Made by a program: the position numbers and the translations under genes. 64,000 nucleotides of DNA from Octopus vulgaris (taxonomy: Eukaryota). Each line of letters opens with the position of its first letter. The first letter of the stretch is position 1. Positions 48,131 to 62,029 of the stretch are shown here, one piece after another. The stretch is from positions 27,838,001-27,902,000 of the forward strand of contig OX597818.1 in NCBI GenBank assembly GCA_951406725.2, in the 5' to 3' direction. The notes under the pieces are model-generated. The model saw only the letters and a program-made list of their open reading frames with translations. It did not search any database and was not told where the DNA came from.

Positions 48131-48386
48131 GAAAGTGAAGCTCAAAAAGTGGAGATGTTGGGGTGAAATCCTGACACCCCTGCGGGATAGCAAGTGAACT
48201 GTCCTAAGCCTTATAAAGGTGCATGCATACTGACAGTGTGAGGTATAGTCTGGTGTGTGCAGTTGCATTTGTGATGACAGCTGTAGAAGTCATTGAGAAG
48301 AGACATAAGTTTGCTATGTATTTGTTACTGGTTTGGTTTTTGTAGTGTTATAACAGTTACAGAGTAGTCTATATCCAAACTCAAGG

Positions 48387-48389
<3 letters not shown>

Positions 48390-48483
<94 letters not shown>
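48390..48483. repeat. (AAT)n microsatellite
   Basis: Directly visible. Confidence 0.95.
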
Positions 48484-48489
48484 CTTCTC

Positions 48490-48670
48490 TACTCTAGGCA
48501 CAAAGCCTGAAATTTTGGGGGAGGGGGCCAGTCGATTAGATCGACCCCAGGATGCAACTGGTACTTAATTTATCAACCCCGAACAGATGAAAGGCAAAGT
48601 CGACCTCAGCGGAATTTGAACTCAGAATGTAAAGACAGACATGCTAATTTTTCTGCCAGCTCACTGCCTT
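48490..48670 (-). mobile_element. SINE family 2 fragment; + strand copy at about 58195-58390
   Basis: actggtacttaatttatc...gatgaaaggcaaagtcgacctcag is the reverse complement of the 58265-58315 sequence. Confidence 0.7.
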
Positions 48671-48689
48671 AATAATAATAATAGTAAAA

Positions 48690-49050
48690 AATTTGTAACC
48701 CAAAGTAATTCTAATGTGGAATCTAAAGACAAGCAAAAGATCAGGAAATACAGGTAACTTGAATGTGAAGTTTAAAAACAGAAACATTTTCTATCATAGT
48801 AGGCACATTAGGTATGATAAAAAATATTCAGACAAATGCATAACAAATACATCAGGACTAACAAGTATATATAACATACAGAAAATAGCACTACTAGGCA
48901 CTGAGACATCCTACATAAAACACTTTCAATACAGTAAAAATAAGAGCATCACAACAAATCACAGCACATACCCAAGGCACACAGAGCTGAGCTTGGTAGT
49001 GCAGTGAAAGCACAACATAAAAATAAAACTACTGAATAATAATAATAATG
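48690..49050 (+). mobile_element. R4/Dong-type LINE 3' end fragment with (AAT)n tail
   Basis: MWNLKT...IQKIALLGT motif followed by an AAT tail. Confidence 0.55.
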
Positions 49051-49319
49051 ATTATTTGCCGATATAATGTGGCAGTCCTGGTTAGGACAATTGTTACTGT
49101 TATTTAGCCCCAGGAAGCATCGTCTTCAGCTGGTTATATGACATACTATCTACATCCTTATATTTTCAAACAAGGTAGTTTAGTGTCCCCACTCAACACA
49201 AAGCAATGTCTGTATACCATTAGTTTCTGGGTTATTTCTCTTCATCAGCACAGAATAACCGCTTGGCTGAAGATGGCGCCACTAAATATATACTTTCCAA
49301 AGTGACACATAGTCACTGA

Positions 49320-51950
49320 TCTAATAAAAGGAAGTACTGAAGATGAAAAACCTAATGCAGAGGAAGCTGCAAAGTTCTGGAGTAATATTTGGGATAAACC
49401 AGTCAATCATAATGGAGATACAGCATGGTTAAAGAAAGTGAAGGAAGAAGTAGTGAGTGAGAAGCAACCAAATCTAAGACTGACTAGTGCATTAATGAGT
49501 GAAGTGTTATGAAAAATGCTGAATTGGAAGGGCTCAGGACCAGATTTAGTTCAAAGGTACTGGCTAAAGAAATTCAGTTGTTTACATGGAAAGCTGTGGG
49601 AACAACTTCAGGATTACCTTAATAGAGGAATAATACCAGATTGGATGACTAAAGGGAGGACAATATTCATTATGAAGGATAAGAGCAAGTGTAATACAGC
49701 TAGCAACAATAGACCAGTCACTTGTTTACCATTAGTGTGGAAGCTGTTAACAGGAATGCTTTCAGAAAGTATTTACAAGCACCTAGACCACCAGAATTTA
49801 CTGCCAGAAAGATAGAAAGGTTGCAGGAAGAAGGCTAGATGAATGCATGATCTATTACATATATACAAATCAGTTCTAAATAAAGTAAAAACTAGAGAGA
49901 AAAATCTAACAATGACATGGATAGATTATAGGAAAGCCTATGAGATGATTTCACACTCATGGATAAGTGAATGCTTAAGTATATTCAGTATAACAGACAA
50001 CATAAGAGAATTAATTAGCTTTAGAAATGGAAAGTAGATCTCTACTCAGGTGACACACTCTTTGGGAAAGTTAAGTTCAAAAGAGGAATTTTCCAAGAGG
50101 ACTTGTTATTCCCTTTAATATTTGTCTTATGTTTGATCCCCCTCCGTTTAGTATTAAGAAAGGCTAAAGTAGGATATCAGCTCAGAAATAGTAACGGAAA
50201 AATTAACCATTTGCACTACATGAATGATCAGAAACTTTTTAGTATGAATGAAAAAGAGATAGAATTCTTGATACAGACTGTAAGACTCTTCAGCAAAGAT
50301 ACAGGCATGGAATTTGGCATAGATAAGTGTGCAATATTAGTCATGAGAAGGGGGCAGATAGTCAACAACAAAGGCATCCAATTACCAGATGGCCAGACAT
50401 TAAAATCATTGAAAGGAGGAGTTATAAGTAACTAGGAGTATTAGAATTTGACAGAGTACTAATTACAGAAATGAAAATGAAAATTGAGAAGGAGTACATC
50501 AGAAGGGTGAGGAAGCTAATGAAGTCAAAACTGAATGGTCCAAGTCTAGTGAATCTATGCCAGAAACTGAATTAGCAAAGCTAGACAGAAGAACTAGGAA
50601 GGAATTCAATATGAATGGAGGATGCCACCCAAGGGCATGAGTAGCAAGATTATAACTACCTAGAAAGGAAGGTGGAAGAGGGTTAATATCAATAGAAGAT
50701 TGCATGGAGTTAGCCGCAGTAGATATAAACTCCTACGTAGGTAAAAATGAAGAAAGTTTATTAAAAGCTGCTAGAGTCACAGCAAGACAGGGAAATCAAA
50801 ACACCAAACGAAATTAAAAACCAGAAATTACCTGACTGGCAGGAAAAAGCATTGAATGATAGATTCCCAAAGACAGTTTCAGCAAGTAGTAGTAGTGTGA
50901 CATGGTTATAGCTGCAGAAAGGAAAGCCAAAGAGGGATTCAGAAAGTTTGTTAGTCACTGCATAAGATCAAGCATTAAGGACTAATTGGGTAAACGCCAA
51001 GATAGACAAAAACCAAAAGGGACAAATGAAGAAAATGGATACCAAGACCAGAAAATGTTGACAGTACATGGAGCCTTCCACCCTAAGAGTGATACTGATA
51101 GGCTGTACATGTCCAGAAGAAAGAATGGGAGAGGTTTGATCAGTTGCCAGGACTGTACTGAAGCAGAGGAAAACAGCCTAGAATGGTATATAAAAAATGC
51201 TTTGCAGCCACTGTTGGAAAATATGCAGAAGGCCAGCATCATCAAAACTGAAAATTGTATAACTAAAGAAAAATTTAAGCAAGAAAGAATAAATGAAAAT
51301 GCATGGAAGAAAAAAAAATGTACAGTCAGTTTGCAAGAGATGTGAATGCCAAGACAGATTGAGAGGACCGGTGGCTATGAAAGAGGAGGAGTGACCTGAA
51401 GATAGAGACAGAAGCATTTATATGTTCAGCTCAGGAACAAGCATTAAGGGCTAATTATATGAAGTGCAGAACTAACAACACTCCCAGTAGCGACAAATGC
51501 AGAATGTGTGGTGAGAGGAGGGAAACAGTATGACACATCATTAGCAGATGCTTGAAACTGGCACAAAGCGAATACAAATGACACTATAACAATGTAACAA
51601 GAATGATCCATTGGGAGCTCTGAGGAAATGACGGCCTACAAAGAGTGAAGATGTAGTATGAGCAAACCCCAGAAGGAGTCACTGAAAATGAGAACTACAA
51701 ACTCCTGTGGGGTGTAATGATCCAGTGCAATCACCTGACCACAAATAGGAAACTGGACATTGTTGTGGTGAATAAAAAAGAAAGAACATATATGGTTATT
51801 GACATAGCATGCCTTGGTGACAGCAGGATCAGTGTGAAAGAAGAAAAAATAAACAACTATGACAATTTAAAGTGAGGAATCCGAAGGTTGTGGTCAATGA
51901 AGAGAGTACACATGATGCCAATAGTAATTGGTGCACTTGGAAGTATCAAC
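49320..51950 (+). mobile_element. Degenerate R4/Dong-clade LINE (RT, CCHC finger, restriction-like endonuclease)
   Basis: WKGSGPD..Q.YWLK, RPVTCLP, WIDYRKAY, KRGIFQ, NHLHYMND, GMEFGIDKC, CRMCG...H...C, LDIVV...IDIA...PIVIGALG. Confidence 0.85.
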
Positions 51951-53295
51951 GTAATGAGTTTTCCTGTTGTTTGATTAGCTGAACTAGTCATTCATTGAAT
52001 TATATTGTAAGTGGCTGAGTATTCCACAGATATATGTATTCTTAGTATAATCTTTAAGCAGAATCAGCACATTACTGAGAGTGAGCAGTATTACTGGTCC
52101 AGCCAATTGGATGAGGTTTCACACAGCTTCTGTCTACCCAGTTTCTCTCTCAAGGATTTGGTCAAGTTGAAACTATGGTAAAAGGCACTTGTCCAAGACT
52201 CCACAGAGTAGCATTGAATCTGGGATCTCATGATTTGGAAGGGAACTTCATAACCACTTAGCCATACCTTTTTCCATACATACACTACAAACATGCATTA
52301 ACACACACATACACACACACACACACACACACAAACATATACACGTTGACTTTATTATGACACTATAATACTCACAGTGAAATTTAATAAAAGAAGCTAT
52401 AAACTTCTGAATTTATGTTGTTTCAATTAAATTATCTTGGAAATGTAGCTGATAGTTACAAAATAGTTAATTATTTTTATTATCTTTTCTCCCCTCAAAC
52501 TTTAACTTTTAGACATTATCAAACAAAAAAAATCTAGTTTTCCTTCTTGATATGCTTTAATAGTCACAGAAGATAGATATTTGAGACTGAAATCCATATA
52601 TCCATATATGATGTATAGAATGTTAGTAATTGTAGATTATCTGAAAGCCTATCCTTTATTTTTAGTCATTATGACAATTATTAACTGAATTTGATTTTCT
52701 AAAATAAGCATAAAATAATTGTTTGAGATTACAAGTAGAATGATGTGTGTTGGTGAATTTCCCCACAGTGACCTTGACTTAAGTAGATCAATTGAAACCA
52801 TTATAAATTATATGGCTATGTGTTTTAACAATTGTTACAACAACAATGAATTTAACTTATATATGAAAGATAATTTGCTAGTTCCTGAATAAACCTCATG
52901 TTTCACTACTAAGAATATCCACAATGTACTCATTAGCTGTTTAAGTTATTTATTTATATTCATCCATTTATTTAGAATACAAATCAATGGTCAGTTACTG
53001 ACCATTCAATGTTGGAGTGATTGATATATCTGTTTGTTGTCTTGATTCGGTAATCCTATTCAACTCTAACTTCTCAGCTACCATGTCCCAATAATCTGCT
53101 GTCATTAGTTGAAACGTTAGCATTAGAAAAGATAACAGTTGCTCTAAATATTCTTCCAGATTTGTACATCTAAAATCAAATAAACTAATCTTGAAAAGAT
53201 ATCAGATTAAAAATTTTCAGAAGAAGCAAAAACAAACATATATAATCAACTTTTAAAGTATAAATCTCCATTAATTTTTTAAGGTTCATTTATAT

Positions 53296-53885
53296 TACAT
53301 TGTTCAGGAAATAGTGTCTGGTTTTTTGAAAACATTTTTTCAAATTCGATTTAAGATGATATTTTTGTTATGTTTTAGATGAAATTTTATGTGCTTAATA
53401 ATTGCTGTGCATTCTTTAATAAATTCTTATTTATTTCTTTCAGAATATAATTTTGGAGTGTAGAAATCCTGAGGAAAGAAGAATGCATTTACTTTTTTCG
53501 CATGAATTCGAGCTTGGACATAATGCTTCCCAAACAACCACCAATATCAAAAGAGCATGAGGTGAAGGATCCACTAGTGATTGGAAAGTACAACAGTAGT
53601 TTGAGAGAGTCCATAGTGGGGATGAGACTCTTGAAGATCAAGAAGGTAGAGGACATTTATTCACCCTTGATGATCAGCTTTTGAAAACAATTGTCAAACA
53701 AAATACACTACAAAGTATCAGAGAAATGTCTCATATGCTTGGTGTCAGTGCTTCAACAGTATCAGATCACATCAAAAAAATTGGCAAAGTGAAAAACTTG
53801 ATAAATGGGTCCCACATGACCGCAATGAAAATTGAAGACTTCAGCATTTTGAAGTGTATTTGGTACTCTCTCTACAAAACTCTAA
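53296..53885 (+). mobile_element. mariner transposase fragment
   Basis: LKTIVKQN...SIREMSHMLGVSASTVSDHIKKIGKVK followed by WVPH in an adjacent frame. Confidence 0.7.
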
Positions 53886-54078
53886 TGTGTGTGTATGTGT
53901 GTGTTTGTCTCCACCACCTTTTGAAAACTGGGGTCGGTTTGTTTGAGTAAAACCTTCAAGGTAGTGCCCCATCATGACTGCTGTCCAATGATTGAAACAA
54001 GCAAAAGTTAAAAGATAAGAGGTATTTACATAATACTAATGACAGTTGCTAACATAAGCACAATGTTAATTTAATTAG

Positions 54079-54460
54079 CATGTGTGGTAAGAAGCTTGCT
54101 TCCCAACCACATAGTTCTGGACTCAGTCCCACTGCATGGTACTTTGGGCAAGTGTCTTCTACTATAGTCTCGGGCTGACCAAAGCCTTGTGAGTGGATCA
54201 GATAGACAGAAACAGAAAGAAGCCTGTCATATATATATGTATACATTTGTGTGTCTATGTTTGTCCCCCCCACTCCATTGCTTGACAACTGATGATGGTG
54301 TGTTTACATCCCTGTAATGTAGTAGTTCAGCAAAAGAGACCAATAGAATAAGAACTAGTCTTACAAAGAATAAGTCCCGGGGTTGATTTGTTAGGCTAAA
54401 GGTGGTGTTCCAACGTGGACTAAGTCAAAAGACTGAAACGAATAAAAGAATGAAAGAATA
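54079..54460 (+). mobile_element. tRNA-derived SINE (family 1), near full length
   Basis: gtggtaagaagcttgcttcccaaccac...ttgggcaagtgtcttctactatag...gactgaaacgaataaaagaat. Confidence 0.8.
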
Positions 54461-55651
54461 CCTAACTATAGAAGAAAAAGCATAGAGGAGATAGAAATCA
54501 GATCAATTATGAAGAATAGCTTAGAATATGAGGTGTTCAACCAGGAAATAGTCTGCCTTCTGGTTATATTGAGGCATACATAGATTTTAATCTATGTCTG
54601 TTGGTATTGTATGTACACTTGCATGTATCTATGCACACATGCACGTGCACATATATATATATTATATGCATATACATATATGTATATACACTTATTATCT
54701 GCTAAGTAAGTTGTTACAAAGAAGTAAATTGTTAGACTGGTGTTCTATTTTCCTGTGAACCAATTGCATAACCATCAAATTTCCTTAAGGAAAATGACAA
54801 GTTGATTATTGAGAGCATAATCAGTACCATAGAGAGATTGTAATCTTACAATATATCTCAGTGACAAGAGGGCCACTTCCTTGGGGGTCGATGTAATCAA
54901 CTTCAGAATTGTGACCCAGAATAAAGTTAGGTTCTTTATGACCTTAATAATGGCATCCATGAGTTGAGAACAATTGAATGCTTCTTGTAATCTAACCAGA
55001 GCATGACCAAGTTCTTCTTATGCTACTACACATGACATCATAATTCTGTTAATCAAGAACTGTTCAACACATCCCCAAACTTCTTTTCAGCTGCTTGTTC
55101 AGCTGTGACGTTATTATAACAACCAGAGTGTCTTGGAAGAAGTTCAAACAGGCTGTATAGATTTTATACATTAAATTCTGGCATGTAATTGGTTGGTAGT
55201 TTCACAATGTGAGTGGCATCATTATGAGACATCAGTTTTGTTTCTGTCAGCACCAACCAGGTTAGTTTGTTTATAGCTCCTCCGGGAGCTTACATATAAA
55301 TGCCAATAAAATTCTTTTGCCAATGAAATTCTTTTGGTTGAATTGTAGCTATTTTGTACTAATCTTTGGTAATCAGGTTCCTTCCTGATGCTTTCCTATC
55401 CTGAAGTATTTGAACAACAGTCTCAATAGTCTCATTTCATATGCTGTATGCATTTTTAATGCTATAATTTGGAGACAATTTTTTTTCAGATTTCTCCTAG
55501 CCACTCTATGGTCTGATTAAACTCCCTTACTTGACTCCAGATTTTTTTTCCAGAATGACTCAGTACTGTCACAAAAAGGAGTCTGTTTGACATTTATTCA
55601 TTGTCCTCACATATCCATGTAAATTGCTGGTTGGTTTTGATTAAATGTATT

Positions 55652-56500
55652 CATCATCATCATCATTGTCATGATCATCCTTTAACGTCTGTTCTTCATG
55701 CTGGCATGGGTTAGGCAGTTTGACCAGGGATGGTAAGCAGGAGAGCTGCACCAGGTTCCAGTCTGATTTGGTTTAGTTTCTATGGTTGAATGGCCTTCCT
55801 CACATTAACCGTTTTGCAGAGTGTGCTGGATGCTTTTAATGTGGCACCTGCATGTGTGCTTTTTATGTGACACTGGCACAGGGCTCTTGCAGTCCAATCC
55901 TCTCCTTCAGGAGGAGCGGCATTAAGACTTTTGTTGTGGAGAATGGTTCTTCTTGAGTACAGCAAAATGCCAGATATTTCATTCTTTGTCATCCCCTCAG
56001 CATGGGTCAGTGTCCTGAAGTCACCCTTCAATACTTCATACCATGTCTTCTTAGGTCTCCCTCTTCCATGAGTTTCAATCTCTTTAAGTGAGCAGAGCTT
56101 CAAGATTGTTAATTATTATTTTCTTTTAGCTGTTTTCTTCTGATGTCAGAGTTTTTCTTATTTGCATGTCTTCCCTTTTAATCATCTCCAAGCATTGTTT
56201 GTATTTTATTTTCCCTTCTCTGCTCGATGACATCATCATCATCATTTAACGTCCATGTTCATGCTGCTATGGGTTGGACGGTTTGACTAGGGCTGGTAAG
56301 CTGAGGGGCTGCACCAGGTTCTAGTCTGATTTAGTATGGTTTCTATGGTTGGATACCCTTCTGAATGCCAACCATTCTGAAAGTGTAATGGATGCTTTTA
56401 CATACCACTGGCATGGGTGCTAGTTGTGTGACACCAGTATCTGCCATGATACTGGTGTCATACAACAAGCACCTGTGCCATTGACATGTAAAAGCACTCA
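55652..56500 (-). mobile_element. Two diverged RTE 3' fragments
   Basis: (CAT)n tails at about 55652 and 56231; GRGRPKKTWYEV remnant. Confidence 0.75.
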
Positions 56501-56891
56501 TTATGTAAGTATGGTTATTTGTGTGTGCTACACAATATCCCATAACTGATAGTTCTCCAGATATCCTCCCCTAATTTCTTTAAGCAACATTAGAATTACT
56601 ACTTTTTTATTTATGTTGAGGTCTTTTCTGCAGTTGGTGTTTTAAAAATAAAGTAATCTTCTCTTGAAAGATTTCACAGAGACAACAATTCAAGAGTTTA
56701 TACTCTTCACTCGTCTAGTTCAGTATATTGTTTATCATCACTGTTATTGGGTTTTTTGGCAGCATATTGAGGACAACCAGTTTGGTTAAATGATAGTATT
56801 GGTCAGCCTGATTTTTAGGCAGCATAGTACTAGCACAGACTTGGTTTGTTAATGAATGCATGCCTGATGTAGGAGAACATTCACATGGTGT

Positions 56892-57288
56892 TATTACCTC
56901 CACCAAGGAAGGAGATTATGTTTTCATTGGCATTGGTTTGTTTGTCTTTGTGCAAAATAACTCAAAATGTTGTTAATGGTATTTGATGAAACTTGCAGGA
57001 AAAGTTGATAATGACACAAGGAACAGATGATGAAATTTTGGTAGAGATCCGGAAATTTCTATGGATTCTTGAAGGACTTTTCATTTGTTATATTTACTTT
57101 ACTTGAAGTATTAGTTACATACTTTGATTATCTCCCTTGAAAACGCGTTCATCATTTTCAGGTAACCTATGGAGGCGTTGCTGCTTCCAAACTTTATTTT
57201 CATTTCTCTATTAGTAATTTTACTTGCATATCTATCTTAAAATGAGCTGCTTGGCGGAGATCTGTGCTCTCCAGGTGCTTTTCTAGTT
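56892..57288 (+). mobile_element. HINE/DINE-like non-autonomous Helentron element
   Basis: 5' attacctccaccaagg, gttt repeats, and complementary 3' cttggcggaga...ctagtt. Confidence 0.55.
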
Positions 57289-58689
57289 TGTAGTGTTTAC
57301 ATTTTGAGGATAAAAATTATACTCATCATTTTTTAGAAAAAATTACTGTAATCAAATACTTGTTAGCACTCAACAAATGTTCCTTGTAGGTGTAATTATT
57401 CTATTGAAAATTATTTAGTTTTGTATGAAGTTCATTGCCGTGTTATTTCATTGTCAAAGAGGATCTTTATTTGTCATTTTAAGTAGGTCATTATTGAGTT
57501 TATAATTCCCAGAAGAATGCATTTTACAGCTTTGTTTCATTCTGTAACCACAACTGAAAAGATTTTGCTAACATCTCTCAATGTTTTGCTTCTCCTCTGG
57601 TTAGCCTGATTTTGTCATTTCTAGCCCTGTTTTTTGTAATAGATTTCTCTATGGTAAATTACTTTTGAAATGAATCTCACAATGATTTTGAATAAAATGT
57701 TTTGTCAATGTTTATAATCAAGATAATAATGAGTCATTTAACAAGGCTGGTAATTATGGTATTAATGTTTGAGAGCGTATTCATTATATATTCAGTAAAT
57801 ACTCTGCCAGACCAAACATACGATTGCTCTCATTAAGTATCTAGTATGTGTGTGAATGTATTAATGTGTGGGGTGCATGCAACTGTATGTGTATTTATGT
57901 ACATATCTATGCATTCCTATACGTATCAACGTCTAAATTTGGCTAAATGGTAATTCTATTCAGTTCATCCGTGGAAGTGAGTTGAATTCTTACCAAAACA
58001 TCTAGATGTCTCACAAGGTAAAACATGGTAAATATTCTTTATTTTTTTTATGTGATATATTTCTCTTACTTCACAAACATAAAGCTATGTCACCAACTAC
58101 TTGTTCAGTTTTTGTACATTGTCAGTTATTAAATATGCAACTTAAATGAAATAAGACTACATTACCTAGGTTCGTGTGTATCTATTTATGATATAGCTAT
58201 GCACGCTAGACAAAATGCTTAGCAGTATTTCGCCTGTCGCTACATTCTGAGCTGAAATTCCACTGAGGTCGACTTTGCCTTTCATCCTTTCAGCGTCGAT
58301 AAATTAAGTACCAGTAAAACACTGGGATCGATGTAATTGACTAGTCTCCTCCCCACAAACTGCTGCCCTTGTGGCAAAATTTGAAACCGTTATTATATAA
58401 AGTAATTGCTTTGCTCATTTGTCTCTTCCTGGGTGATTTATATACCACCCATCTGTGACTCAACACTTGTTATATAATGCATGGGTAAATAGATTCCAGT
58501 CTCCCATTCAGTGGCAGCTGACATAGTGAACATTCAATAAAACATTTAAATTTATCTCTTTAGTAAATATTCCATATTTTGTTTATTGGTATATTTGGGT
58601 TTATTCTTTCCTGGTGTGTTGATGTACCCTCTAAGTGAGCTAAGATTGTACTGCATGCATTCATATGCATTTAATCTACTAACAGGCAA

Positions 58690-59400
58690 TAGGTAGTTGT
58701 TAACTAGATGACCTAATTAGTAGAGGAGGTGCATGTTCTGGAAGTATGGTTGCTAAAATTAGAAGCGGCTGAAGTAAGTTCTGGGAGCTATTACCTCTGT
58801 TGGTAACAAAATGTTTCCCTCTCAGATTGATACTGTGTGTGAACAGCAATGCTACATGGAAGTGAAATATGGGCCATAAATGCAGAAGACATGTAAAGGC
58901 TAGAAAGAAATGTGTTGTGTCGTACTCAACACTAAACTGTCTTGCATCATGATGACATACTTCGTTGTCTAACATGACTGGCCTGAATTGTGTCCTTGCC
59001 ATCTGACTCTGCTTTCTGTGTCTGTCCACAATTTATCAGTAGTGGAACAGTCCACTTCTCACTTGGGGGTGTCCTCCACAACAAAATGAAGTTAGCATGT
59101 TCCACTGAATGTGCAAAGTCAATACACATGTACAGCAAAATGCAAATGGATTGAGAGAAAAATTGGGCATAAGAGTCATCATATGTAGTGTACAAGAGAG
59201 AAGACTGCACTGGTATCGTAATGTGATGTACATTGATGAGACCAGCTGTATGAAGAAGTGCAGATTGCTAAATGTGGATGGAATTTATGGAAAAGGGAAA
59301 ACCCACAAAGACATGGTATATAGTAGTGAAGATTGATTTCAGTCTCATGCAAGAGATGACAAAAGCAGAGATGATGGTGACTTGCAGTGCTCAAGAAGAC
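58690..59400 (+). mobile_element. Old RTE RT C-terminal remnant
   Basis: LREKLGIR...CSVQERRLHWY..V. Confidence 0.65.
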
Positions 59401-60547
59401 ATGCTTATCTCACTGAAAAATTGAGTTCTTAAAAGCATATTGTAAATGATTATAACCACACAACAAATCTATCCCAAACAAATCTTCCCAACAACACATC
59501 TTCCTAATGCCTGCCCCTTCACAACTCTTCTAATTATGGCACTATTTACTCAGCAACTGTAATTATATGAGAACAAAACTGCTCATATTTCATCTAATTT
59601 TGCTTTTGTGCTGCCACTTAATCCTCTTCTTGGAACCACTTCCCTTGCTGCCCATCTTGCATTCACAGTATCATCATTTGCCACTATATTTTGCACTGAA
59701 TGCCTCATTTTCCTGAACACCTTAGCATATCAGCCATTGTTGGGCCCTCCCCACCTTTGTTCATCATTCACCATTTTGACCTCTATGTACATCTGACTTT
59801 CTTCTCTGAACAGTACTTTCCTCTCTACTTCACTCCATACACTTCACATCATCTCCCTATTTTTCTCCATCACTGCCCCTTTATATATTACCACTTATCT
59901 CCTCATCTTCCCTGACTCATTCTTATTTTCCTTCACCTCCTTCCAAACTGAAATTCCCCATTGAATGCTTTCACTCATATTCAACATTCACTATATTCAC
60001 CTCAATCTCCATCTCTAACCATTTGTCACACTCCTTTTATTTATTTGTGAACTTACCCATCCACCCTTCTAGTCCTCTATCCCTATTCTCTCTTATATTC
60101 ACTTTCTTGTACCTTGAAGATATACCCTGACACCTCATCACCACCATTTTCATAACCTAATTGGTTAGGCGATAATAGAATGATAGTAGAAGTGAGAGCA
60201 AGAGAGAGAAATAAATAGATAAAACAATTGGTTGTCCTAAAAGTTGTTGATAAGTTATGTAAGCAAGGTAAAAACAGACTTGGCTTAGTTTTACATCCGC
60301 ATTTACACCATGTGATGTAAATGTAAGACTTGCTGTTGTTGGTAAGTAAATACAATTTAATATTCATAGAAAGCTTGAATACAAGAAAGTGTAACTTTCT
60401 TTATAATTTCAACTGTTCAATAACAAAGTTTAAATTCTGTTTAAAGCTGGATTTTTTACATCTATTTAACTGTCTGATAAAGATGCACAGTAGCTTATGT
60501 TAGCATGCAATATAATATAATATAATATAATATATATATGTATATAC

Positions 60548-60554
<7 letters not shown>

Positions 60555-60632
<78 letters not shown>
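60555..60632. repeat. (TA)n microsatellite; others at about 10289, 10617, 19612, 20206, 20636 and 29172
   Basis: Directly visible. Confidence 0.95.
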
Positions 60633-60640
<8 letters not shown>

Positions 60641-62029
60641 ATACTAGCATACCCGTGTCAACAAAAATGTTGACAGTTTTATTACTGATAGAAAATAGTG
60701 CATCATCACAATGCCAGAAAACATTGATACATGTCGGCAAATCTAGTAAATGTATGTACGTATTCAGAATTGAAGCACTTGAAGAATCAGATATGGTTGT
60801 GACCTCTCAGTTGAAAATATATCCATGTAGTACATGTGTGTGTAATACATGCATAAACATGCGGGCACGCACACACACACACACACACACACACATATGT
60901 ACATGTACATACATAGAGGGACATATACATATATATAAATAAATATATTCTTCATTTTTGGATTTGGTTTGCAAGATTCTTTATGTGAGTTTGTGTGTTG
61001 AAGCATATTTTGTTGTGTCTGGGGAGAGTCATTCTCCTTTAGTGACTTATTATTTAACACACTCACCGGTAAAGTTTCCACTCATTTACTTATATATTTT
61101 TCCTAAAATTTTTGTTGCATCTTGCAACCTTTTCAAAAGTCATTGACTCTGTCTGTCATCTGAGCTGCATTCTTTTTGTTTGTTTATGCCAATGTGTGTG
61201 GGTCAGTGTATGTGTGCATACACATGTATGTATGCATATATGTATGCATGCATGTGTGTATACATGTATGTGCATGTGTGTGCGTATATATATATGTATG
61301 TGTGTACGTTTGTATGTATGTCTTCTGCATATTCATGTGTTTGTGTGTTTGCATGTGTGTGTGTGTACATGTCTGAGTGTGTCTGTGTATGGGTTTTTGT
61401 GACTAGGTACTGTGTCTGAATGTATGGATGTGTGTCTCCCTATCTGTCCTTGTGTGAAGTGAAGTGTGTGTATATGATCACGTGTTTCAGTCTTAATTTG
61501 CATATGTATGTGTGTAAGTCTGCTTCTCTATTTATATTACCTATCTATCTATCCATTTGTATGTCTATCTGTTTACATTTATATCTATTTACCTACATAC
61601 ATATACATATACATATACATACATGGGAAACAAAAAGTTAAAAAAAGAACAATTCAAACTTTTTGAGAAGTCTAAAAAGAGAGAAAATATTGATTTCTAA
61701 TAAAGATCATCATATTTATAAAAAAAAAACAGCCAGAGCAAGTAATAAGAATAGGAAAATAGTAGTTGAAAAATATCGTTATAAATATACCATAAACAAT
61801 TTTTATATAATTGTTTATGATATATTTATACCTATAACAATATTTTTCAACTACATATACTTACACACACACACATATATAATTTAGGAAACTAAAATAA
61901 GTGGAAACTTTATTGGTGAGTGTGTTAAATACTAAGGCACTAAAAGAGAATGAGTCTCCCCAGACACAAGAATATATATATATACAGTAACACAAAGGGG
62001 GAAATTTCGATTATTCCCACGTGGTGAGT

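Noticed and set aside
53430-53480. Acceptor-like tttctttcAG possibly starting another host exon
   Set aside because: It lies within a mariner remnant, with no motif similarity or matching donor.
60495-61641. Cys/Val/Tyr/Ile-rich ORFs
   Set aside because: Translations of (TA)n, (TG)n and (CA)n microsatellites.
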